From a virus: a stretch of 64,000 nucleotides of DNA. Below are positions 56,140-64,000 of this stretch, one piece after another. Under the pieces are notes generated by a model. The model made no database searches, was not told the origin of the DNA, and saw nothing but the letters and a program-made list of their open reading frames with translations. Numbering within the stretch: the stretch's first letter is position 1; the number at the start of each line of letters is the position of its first letter. The translations under genes and the position numbers were made by a program. The DNA is taken from positions 7,314 to 71,313 of IMG/VR virus record IMGVR_UViG_3300015195_000005. The stretch is one strand, 5' to 3'.

Positions 56140-56933
56140 TGCCAACTAAACCATTCAAGCTAAGTCCAAATGTCTTCAAAGGCGGTATCTCAGAAAAGAG
56201 ACTAGGTGAGCGGGCCGCTAGGCAAGCAGCAGCGGCCGGGGGTGGGGACCAACTACGGTACAAAGTTGGAGATACCCGCTTGGTACAGTTCTTTGGGGAG
56301 CCCACCGATACCACTTACTTCCTTGAGTTTGCCCAGCACCAGTTCAAGGCAGGCAACACATGGAACTACATCCCCTGTGCGGGGGAAGATAGCCCTGACT
56401 GTGAACCCTGTCAGTCTGAGGACGACTCCAAGTCCAAGATCCATAACCGGCTTATATGCGTAGTATGGTCATTCAAGGATAGAGCCGTCAAGATACTGGA
56501 GGGGCCAAATGCCCTGTCTCAGAACATCTTCCACCAGTGGAAGCGGGCACCTGAGAGGTTCCTGAAGCGTACCTACGAGATAACCAAGCTGAACACACAG
56601 CCCGTAGGATACTCAGTGGACAGGGGCGAAGAACGGCCCATAGACCTATCCAATAAAGAGCCCCTGGATCTGAACAAGTATCTCGTAGATGCCATGCAGA
56701 AGTACTACGCCGGTATCTCGTCCAGGCCGTCTACCTTGGACGACGACGAGGATGAAGACATAGAGGACGAAGAGATGGAAGATAACGAGGAGGAGCCAGA
56801 AGAAGACGAGATGCTCGACAAAGATGCCTACTCCTGGTCAGACCTGAAGGAATATGCCAGGGAAGTTGGCGTGCGGTCAGATACTAAGAGCCGTAGCGAG
56901 TTGGTCAAACTTATCTTGCACAAAAGGGCTTGA
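56136..56933 (+). CDS. Single-stranded DNA-binding protein (gp32-like) with acidic tail and HeH domain
   Basis: OB-like core with H...C...C..C zinc ligands, D/E tract, then SWSDLKEYAREVGV...RSELVKLI. Confidence 0.7.
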   Translation: MMPTKPFKLSPNVFKGGISEKRLGERAARQAAAAGGGDQLRYKVGDTRLVQFFGEPTDTTYFLEFAQHQFKAGNTWNYIPCAGEDSPDCEPCQSEDDSKSKIHNRLICVVWSFKDRAVKILEGPNALSQNIFHQWKRAPERFLKRTYEITKLNTQPVGYSVDRGEERPIDLSNKEPLDLNKYLVDAMQKYYAGISSRPSTLDDDEDEDIEDEEMEDNEEEPEEDEMLDKDAYSWSDLKEYAREVGVRSDTKSRSELVKLILHKRA

Positions 56934-56958
56934 TAAGTTATAGATTGACTGGTACAAT
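56930..56958 (+). promoter_or_regulatory. Promoter with ATAAGTTAT palindrome
   Basis: TTGATA-17-TACAAT. Confidence 0.7.
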
Positions 56959-56994
56959 ACACATGATCTACAAAAACCACAACAGGAGAACACA

Positions 56995-57459
56995 GTGAGC
57001 ACAGTTACACTGACATTCAACGGTACTGCCGGTGAGATTGCCGACATCTTGGATAAGGTCCAAGGCACGACAGTCACCAAGGTCACCACAACCAAGACCA
57101 AGGCCCCCAAAGTTTCGGAAACCGAAGAGGTTGAAGATACCGAGGAGGACGAAGAGGTCGTCTGGACCGAGAGGAAGCTGGAGGGCAAGTCGTTTGGTGA
57201 ACTCAAAACCATAGCCAAGGGTCTTGACATCGACATCGAGGGCAAACGCTCGGCAGGGCTCAAGAAGGCCATCCTTGAAGCCTCAAAGCCCGAGGAAGAG
57301 GACGAAGAGGAGGAAGAGGAGAGCGAGGACGACGATTGGGAGGAGGAGGAGGAGGAAGAGGAGGAAGAGGAGGAAGAGGAGCCTCCTGCCCGTAAGCGCC
57401 CAGCTAAGAGGGCCGTTGCTGCCAAGAAGGCGCCAGCAAGAAGGCGCAGGGCTTCATAG
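56995..57459 (+). CDS. Acidic protein with Rho-N/HeH domain, poly-Glu tract and basic tail
   Basis: RBS AGGAG; LEGKSFGELKTIAKGLDI...LKKAILE; long E/D run; C-terminal ARKRPAKRAVAAKKAPARRRRAS. Confidence 0.75.
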   Translation: MSTVTLTFNGTAGEIADILDKVQGTTVTKVTTTKTKAPKVSETEEVEDTEEDEEVVWTERKLEGKSFGELKTIAKGLDIDIEGKRSAGLKKAILEASKPEEEDEEEEEESEDDDWEEEEEEEEEEEEEEPPARKRPAKRAVAAKKAPARRRRAS

Positions 57460-57497
57460 TCTCAGCAAGCCCTACAAGGGACTAGGGCGTTGCTGAT

Positions 57498-57534
57498 AGA
57501 GAGGGTCGGACTTCCCGAGGGTCCGACCCTCTCT
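57498..57534 (+). terminator. 14-bp perfect hairpin terminator
   Basis: AGAGAGGGTCGGAC-N9-GTCCGACCCTCTCT. Confidence 0.8.
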
Positions 57535-57606
57535 TCATGTCCCGTATCATAAGGGTCTATAAGGCCGTATAACAGAAGGGTTTGGAATGATACCCAGTGA
57601 TGCCAA

Positions 57607-60600
57607 ATGACGATGTTGCCCCGAGTGGAGTTGCATCTTCATTAGCTGCATACAGACTTCTCTCTGTTGGATGGGCTAGGAAAGATACCCGCTTATGTAG
57701 AGCGGGCCAAGAGGCTGAACATTGCCGCTCTTGCGATCACAGATCACGGGACGATGGGCGGGGTGTTTGAGCACTACCGCACCTGTAGAGATGCGGACAT
57801 AGAGCCCATCATCGGGTTGGAAGCATACTTCGTACCTTCGGTTTCCGAAGCCCGTCAGTTCAAGAACGCCGAGCGGTTCCATGTGACCCTGCTTGCCAAG
57901 GGCGAGCAAGGATACCGAGTATTGAATGAGTTGAATACTGCCGCTCATAGCAACTTCTACTACAAGCCCTTAGTGGATCGTGCTCTGTTGGGGCAACTTG
58001 GAGAAGATGCTCAGCACCTTGTATGCCTGTCTGGTTGTACTGGTTCCAAGATAAGCCAACTGTGGATAGCACAAGATCCCACTTATGTTGACGAGATACA
58101 GTGGTGGCAATCTATTTTCCACCGGAACTTCTATCTTGAAGCCCAGTACCACAGCATAGATACCGACCAACTTGTCCTGGGTGGTATCTTGGAGACTCAG
58201 AGCCACACCAGGCTCAAGCATGTCTTTACCAACGATTGCCATTATGTCTCCAAACGAGATGGAGCCCCGCATGATGCGCTACTTGCCATCCAGACTGCTG
58301 CAAACATTGACGATCCCGACCGCTTTAGGTTTGACGGCAGCGGCTATCACCTGCGCAGTCGCCGTGAGCTATACAGAGTGGTTGTTGAAGCAGGCTACGA
58401 CCCAAGATGGGTTAAGAACGGCATTGAGAATTCCCTTAGTATCGCCCGTAGTTGTCATACACGGATCGCAGAGTGGGAAACACGGACTTGGCACATACCG
58501 CAGTATCCCGGCGCTAAAGATCCTGAGCGATTGCTCGTCAAGCTCGTTCGCACCGCTTTGGACGAACGAGGACTCTCGCAAGACCTTAGATATGTTCGAC
58601 GGGCCAAGCACGAAATAAGACAGATCAAAAAGGTTGGAATAGCTGACTTCCTACTTATCTGTAGGGAGCAGAATAGATGGTGTGCCACTCGCCCTAAGCC
58701 AATACGGGTGGGACCGGGCCGTGGCAGCGTGGCCGGTTCCCTCATAGGGTGGCTCATAGGGATGCACAAGATCGACCCTATCCGTCATAACACCCGCTTT
58801 GAGCGGTTCATAAATCCTGAGCGCCCCAAGATGCCTGATGTGGACACCGACTTCCAACCGTCCAGGCGTGATGAGGTTATCGAGCACCTGAAGCACCTGT
58901 ACGGAGCCGACAACGTGATCCAGGTTGCGGCCTATCAGACGATGGGGGTAAAGGGCACTTTCCGAAAGTTAGCCAGGGCACACGGCATGGACTGGAATGA
59001 GATCAACCGTATCTCTACCAAGCTGAATCCAGGGGGTACAGACGAGGACACCGACGACATATCTGTGTTACCTGCTGAAGTTCGAGAGAACTACCCTGAC
59101 ATACATGCTCAGATCCAAGCCCTGATCGGTACCAAGTCTGCACTGTCCTCACACGCCGCTGGACTGCTCATCTTCGCCCCTGACGACCCTGTGAAGGATC
59201 TTGTGCCGCAGATGTGGCTGACGGGTCAGAAACGCCTTGTAGCGGCCTTCGATCTGAAGTCCACCGAAAAGATGGGCCTGATGAAGATGGATGAGTTGGT
59301 GCTCCGCACCCTGGACACCATTCAGGTCTGCGTAGACATGCTTTCGGAAAACGGGATCGAGATAGAGCCTGACGACTGGATACCGGACGAGGAGGATAGG
59401 GACTCCGATGTGTATGCGATGCTTGGCAGCGGGAGGACCGCTGGAGTTTTCCAAATGGAAGGTAATACCAACACTAGAGGCATCCAAGAAGTCGGTTGCC
59501 GCTACTTCGAGGACATCGTTGCCACAACTAGCCTCTACCGAGCCGGTCCCTTGGGTGCGGGTGCCGCGACTCGTTATCTCGCCAACAAACGATCCAAAAA
59601 GATCAGAGTTGCACATGAATCCCTTAGACCCATCCTGGCTAATTCATGGGGGGAGATGATCTATCAGGAACAGATGATGGATATATGCCATGACATAGCA
59701 GGATTCAACTGGACAGATACCGATGATGTCAAGGAAATAGTCCGATTTAAAGACCCGGCAAGGATGCACGCTTACCGGCAGAAGTTTGTGGACGGATGTA
59801 AAAATCACTCAGAGTTGGATGAGAATACGGCCTTGGAGATATGGGCCATGATAGAGAGCCAGTCCTCATATCTTTTCAATCGTAGTCATGCTATAGCTTA
59901 CTCATACTTGAGCTATCAAACAGCACGGCTCAAGTATCTGTACCCGGTGGAGTACATGGCAGCGTACATGGCCACAGTAGATGCAGATACAGACGCCCAC
60001 AAGGCCAACCGCAACAAGGTGCTCAGCGAGGCGCATGAGATGGGCGTACATATCCTAGCCCCTGACATAAATCAATCGGGAATCCACATGACCTGTTGTG
60101 CAGACGACCAGAGGATAGGGCTCGTTAGGGGGCCGTGGATGAGATTTGGGTTTGTAGACCTGAAGGGCATAGGAGAGTCCAAGGCAGCCAAGCTGGTAAC
60201 TGCCAGGGACCAAGATCCTGTGGGCTTCTACGGGGTTCAGGACGTGGCTGAGGCCATAGACAAGCGCACTCTGGGCATCTTGGGAGACAGCGGGGCTCTG
60301 GCTTCTGTAGGCGGCCCCAAGGTCACCACACGCCAGATAGAGCAGTACATAGATTGGGATTTCTCAGATCGCATGGCCAAGTACCGACCCCAACTGCGCT
60401 CTCAGGTAAAGTTCCCCACCAAAGAAGGTCAGTGGGGGCAAGTGGCAGGGGAACTGATAGCCAGTGAATCACGTATGACCAAGAAGAACACGCACTTCAG
60501 AGTGTGGACTCTAAAGTGGTCACCTTCTGAAACTTTTAGAATCACGCTATGGGACAGCACATCAGGTATTTGGGACACGCCTATAGGCAGTATCCTGGCA

Positions 60601-60687
60601 GTAGAAGGCAAGTACAGCAGGGAGTTTGACAACATAGGAGTATCCGACCCAGATTATGTGACTGTGATAGCAAGGAGAAAGAGATGA
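57607..60687 (+). CDS. dnaE: DNA polymerase III alpha (DnaE); in-frame TAG at 57643-57645 in the PHP motif
   Basis: SLLDG, ITDHG, GLEAY, TNDCHY, GRGSVAGSL, FERF.NPER...PDVDTD, FNRSHA..YS, OB tail. The upstream in-frame text MTMLPRVELHLH*LHTDF continues the conserved motif. Confidence 0.93.
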
Positions 60688-60932
60688 TGAAAAGAATTGT
60701 TGCCGTAGTAGCACTTGGGTTCCTAGCCGGATGCAGTCAGTCAGGTTACGGTAAGTCCCACGGTATCTACGATGCTTCTATTGGTCAACAAGATACTGGC
60801 CCAGCATTTGTCATCGACATGCCCAATGGGTACATGAACGTGGCCTTTAAGTGTCACGGCAAAGATGGTATCTATGCCCATACCCGTATTGCTGCCCCTG
60901 TCATCGTTCCCAATGACCCTAACTGTCACTAG
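60684..60932 (+). CDS. Small lipoprotein
   Basis: Lipobox LAGC; C-terminal C...C pair. Confidence 0.7.
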   Translation: MMKRIVAVVALGFLAGCSQSGYGKSHGIYDASIGQQDTGPAFVIDMPNGYMNVAFKCHGKDGIYAHTRIAAPVIVPNDPNCH

Positions 60933-60944
60933 CACAAGGAAAAA

Positions 60945-61154
60945 ATGGACATCGAACTTCGCCATCCCGCCACTCAGCAAATCTTTCAGTTCTTCAACTA
61001 CGACCATCTGCCAGCCAATCTTCAAGGCATATCCAAGCTGTGCTATGGGTTGGCTTATTCAATGGTCGAGCGACTGGATGATGGTCCCGAGTTGACGGCA
61101 GGACTTCGTAAACTATTAGAGGCTAAGGATGCGTTCGTCCGTGCTGCACTATGA
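60945..61154 (+). CDS. Small helical-hairpin phage protein
   Basis: FF.Y.HLP..LQ..S...GPE...GLRKLLEAKD..VRA, a recurrent phage family. Confidence 0.7.
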   Translation: MDIELRHPATQQIFQFFNYDHLPANLQGISKLCYGLAYSMVERLDDGPELTAGLRKLLEAKDAFVRAAL

Positions 61155-61381
61155 GTAAGCTACTTACTGATACTGAGAAGGAAGCTCTAGCACTTAGCGG
61201 GCAACTAGCTGGTCTACTCCGTAAGATCATAGGGGATGGGCCGCAAGCGGCTAACGACTGGGCTGAAGCTGCCATCCACATTCATAACATCCAGCACACG
61301 ATCATGTCTCAGGCAGCGGCCCGAGCCTACCCGCAAGAATTTCGGTTATTGGGACAGACCCTTGACAAGCGATCTAGCTAG
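61151..61381 (+). CDS. Small helical phage protein
   Basis: T..E......D..E....IH.IQ..IM...A.R.YP; ATGA overlap. Confidence 0.65.
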   Translation: MSKLLTDTEKEALALSGQLAGLLRKIIGDGPQAANDWAEAAIHIHNIQHTIMSQAAARAYPQEFRLLGQTLDKRSS

Positions 61382-61937
61382 GCTTCTACGAGGCAACCCC
61401 CGCATCCGCTTCGATGTGATTGTGGCTGACCCGCCTTATTCTTACTATGGACAGCAGGATAAATGGGGCGCTGCTTCAAAGTTTTACACAACCATGCCAG
61501 ATAAAGACATATGCACCTACTCAGTTTCCGAAAGATTATCTGAGACAGGGATCGTGTTCTTATGGGCTACAAGCCCCCGATTGGACTTTGCTGTCAAAGT
61601 GCTCAGGGCATGGCGTTTGTACTACAGGGGAGTGGCTTTCGTATGGGTCAAGACCAAGCAGGACGGCACTCCTATAGGGGCTCAAGGAGTACGGCCATCT
61701 ATCACTAAGCCCCTGTGCGAGTTTGTCATAGCAGGCTCACGGGTGAGTACAGGACGGCCCATGCCCCTGTCTGATGAGTCTATCTGTCAGACAGTGTTCG
61801 CACCCAGGCAAGAGCACTCACGCAAGCCTGAAGCGGTACAAGATAGAATAGAGCGCATGTACTCCAACACGCTTAAGCTAGAGTTATTTGCTCGTAGACA
61901 CCGACCAGGATGGGTCTGTGAAGGAGATGAGTTGTGA
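61362..61937 (+). CDS. MT-A70 family N6-adenine methyltransferase
   Basis: VADPPY, FLWAT, FVWVK, HSRKP, LELFAR; likely TTG start at 61362. Confidence 0.9.
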   Translation: MTSDLARLLRGNPRIRFDVIVADPPYSYYGQQDKWGAASKFYTTMPDKDICTYSVSERLSETGIVFLWATSPRLDFAVKVLRAWRLYYRGVAFVWVKTKQDGTPIGAQGVRPSITKPLCEFVIAGSRVSTGRPMPLSDESICQTVFAPRQEHSRKPEAVQDRIERMYSNTLKLELFARRHRPGWVCEGDEL

Positions 61938-62209
61938 CCAGAGAGATAGACGGCAAGTTGTTTGTGCATAGGGAAGAACTTATCATCCCTGTATCAGACC
62001 GCATAGAGCAGCAGATCAAGGACGACAAGGATAAATTGGAGCCTTGTCTGAACATGGGCAAGATGTATGCGGGAGACTGTCCTGACTGTAAGCGTAGGGT
62101 TATCTATCACTGCCCTGAGTGCAAGCAGAAAGTCAGCGGGTGCTCTTGTTCACTTGGCCCTAAGTTGCAAGCAATCAAGGATGAACTTTCAGATCGGTTG
62201 TTCCGATGA
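61934..62209 (+). CDS. Small zinc-binding protein
   Basis: CPDC...HCPEC...CSC. Confidence 0.6.
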   Translation: MTREIDGKLFVHREELIIPVSDRIEQQIKDDKDKLEPCLNMGKMYAGDCPDCKRRVIYHCPECKQKVSGCSCSLGPKLQAIKDELSDRLFR

Positions 62210-62359
62210 GATTCTGCATGGATCACTGGAACATGCTAAAGAAGGCCATAGACAAGCGTGGACTATCCACTTTGGTAGCTGGAAGGTGGCGAAGAACTCG
62301 TCAAGAAGTTAAATTCCAGAGTTGTCGAGGGTACTACCATAGACAACTTTGAACCTCTC

Positions 62360-62584
62360 ATGGACGCCCACAACGCCATCATAGCCAATGTTATGGATGT
62401 TGTAGGGATAGAAGCTGCGGCATCAAACCCAGATGGATCTGATCGCTGTCCTCTATGCTTCATCAACTGGGCTCACAAGAAATACTGTGTAAATTCTGCC
62501 TGCACAATGAAATCTGGATACAACCATTGGATCGACAGGGCCGCTGATGACCAACTTGAGATATGGAAGAGTCTCAAGATATGA
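62360..62584 (+). CDS. Zinc-binding hypothetical protein (true start probably upstream, near 62206)
   Basis: CPLC...H...C...C; the upstream text reads as a Cys/His-containing N-terminus. Confidence 0.5.
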   Translation: MDAHNAIIANVMDVVGIEAAASNPDGSDRCPLCFINWAHKKYCVNSACTMKSGYNHWIDRAADDQLEIWKSLKI

Positions 62585-62731
62585 TCGCTCATCTTGGAAC
62601 CGAGGATGCCAACGGTATTTTTTATGCGTTCCTTGGCGTGTGGATTATTGTACTTACCATCTGTATCACTGTCCTTGTAGCCAAGGGTAAGATCAAATTC
62701 CCTTGGTGGGACTAGCACGTATCATAAGGCT

Positions 62732-63766
62732 ATGGCAAAGGTCACGTCGCTTACCCCCGCTACTCTGCGGTCACAGATCAATTCTCACTACAAGAAACAG
62801 GTGGTATACCAAGCCTCCGACAAGAGATTTGAGATAACTCGCATACCTACCGGCGTGCTATCTGTGGACTATGTGATGAACGGCGGGTTCCCAAGAGGTA
62901 GGCATATTGAGATATACGGGCAATTTAGTGCAGGTAAAACGGCTCTAAGTCTTCTACTATGCGCTATGGCGCAGCAACTAGGAGGTAGAGCCGGTTTCGT
63001 AGATGCTGAGAACACCTTTGATCCTGTGTTTGCCAAGCATCTAGGCGTAAATCTCAAGGAACTGGACTTAGAGCCACAGGAAGAGCACGGCCAGCAACTC
63101 ATAGATACTATGGATGTGATGCTCCGTAGCGGGCTCTACGATGTGCTGGTGCTGGACTCCATCGCTGCCCTGCTACCCAAGGCGGAACGGGAAACCGAAA
63201 GTTCCCAAGCCTCTATGGGCACCTATCAGGCCCGTCTGATGAGCGCCGCTCTCAGAAAGTTGACCGCAGCCAACCGAAACACTGTCCTGGTCTACATCAA
63301 TCAGATGCGAGAGTCGGTAGGTCAGATGTTTGGGCCTAAGATGACTACCAGTGGTGGCAGGGCTATGGGATTTTACGCTGGTACTCGTCTTGAATTGGTT
63401 ATCGTTGAGAACTTGAAGGTCAACCAAAAAGTTATTGATCCCAAGACAGATAAGGAAGTTACTAAACCTGTCATTAAGGGTCATCGTGTATTGATGAAGG
63501 TCACCAAGGATAAAACCGGGGCTCAACCATTTGACGAGACTACCTTCGTGTTCGACTACACAACCAGCAAAATAGATCCCATCGAGGATCTTATCTATCT
63601 TGGTAGGCGCCTTGGATTCATCAGTATCTCAGGAGATACTTGGTGGATCATCGGGCATGAAGATGCCAAGCAACATGGCCGTACTAGATTTAAGTCCTAT
63701 CTCAAACGCAACCCCGAGATAGCAGACGACCTAGAAGATGCCATCCGAAACTTTGAAGGAGAATAA
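62732..63766 (+). CDS. recA: RecA/UvsX-like recombinase
   Basis: GGFPRGR..EIYG..SAGKT, FVDAE, VLDSIAAL, INQMR, TSGGRAMGFYA..R. Confidence 0.95.
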   Translation: MAKVTSLTPATLRSQINSHYKKQVVYQASDKRFEITRIPTGVLSVDYVMNGGFPRGRHIEIYGQFSAGKTALSLLLCAMAQQLGGRAGFVDAENTFDPVFAKHLGVNLKELDLEPQEEHGQQLIDTMDVMLRSGLYDVLVLDSIAALLPKAERETESSQASMGTYQARLMSAALRKLTAANRNTVLVYINQMRESVGQMFGPKMTTSGGRAMGFYAGTRLELVIVENLKVNQKVIDPKTDKEVTKPVIKGHRVLMKVTKDKTGAQPFDETTFVFDYTTSKIDPIEDLIYLGRRLGFISISGDTWWIIGHEDAKQHGRTRFKSYLKRNPEIADDLEDAIRNFEGE

Positions 63767-63972
63767 TGACCATCGAGTCACTGATAGAAGACATTAGAAC
63801 TGCCGGGGGAATACATGCAGGAGTAAAGTACGACTCATCCTTACGCACCTACAAAGCCACCTGTACCTACAAGAAGACTATGACAAGTGCAGAAGGCCGT
63901 GGGTCCAGTCCTGAAGTCGCTCTTACCAATCTGCTGCAAAGCGTAGAGATACTAAAGGCAAGAGATGAGTGA
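63766..63972 (+). CDS. Small hypothetical protein
   Basis: TAATG coupling to recA. Confidence 0.55.
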   Translation: MTIESLIEDIRTAGGIHAGVKYDSSLRTYKATCTYKKTMTSAEGRGSSPEVALTNLLQSVEILKARDE

Positions 63973-64000
63973 TACGGGCGGGACTGTGGAGCAGCACGTT

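Noticed and set aside
56877-57425. 182-aa poly-Ser ORF on the minus strand
   Set aside because: It is the antisense shadow of the poly-Glu gene, which has the RBS, promoter and terminator.
57643-57645. Genome-wide TAG reassignment (alternative genetic code) as the explanation for the dnaE stop
   Set aside because: Many genes end cleanly at TAG (e.g. major tail 4441, 21337, 21667) and long ORFs are intact under code 11. Read-through would also not restore the HxH motif.

Overview
The window is a continuous stretch of a tailed dsDNA phage genome (siphovirus-like, long non-contractile tail) that most likely infects an actinobacterium, judged from WhiB, an Rpf-like transglycosylase and a DUF732-like lipoprotein. 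1-23.7 kb is a leftward morphogenesis operon: tape measure (partial), tail assembly chaperone, major tail protein, head-tail genes, major capsid, decoration protein, protease/scaffold, portal and a two-intein terminase. 23.7-29 kb is a largely non-coding switch region holding an AAA+/vWA module, AT-rich repeats, DnaA-box clusters and candidate structured RNAs. 29-64 kb is a mostly rightward early/replication arm: amidoligase-GATase-GGCT module, SNF2 helicase (2 inteins), WhiB, DnaB (2 inteins), primase, sigma-like factor, SSB, DnaE, MT-A70 methylase and RecA. No integrase, tRNA, CRISPR array or lysis cassette was recognised. The most unusual signals are: (1) an in-frame TAG flanked by matched CAT codons inside the PHP motif of DnaE, a candidate ribosomal stop-hop; (2) a dispersed palindrome TTTC(C/G)GAAA at 19 or more sites; (3) a ~600-nt highly structured non-coding stretch between a promoter and a Rep-like gene with iterons; (4) three DnaA-box clusters; (5) three class-3-type inteins starting with Leu, Gly and Pro; (6) a +1 rather than -1 frameshift in the tail chaperone. 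All calls come from reading the sequence by eye; no database search was run.
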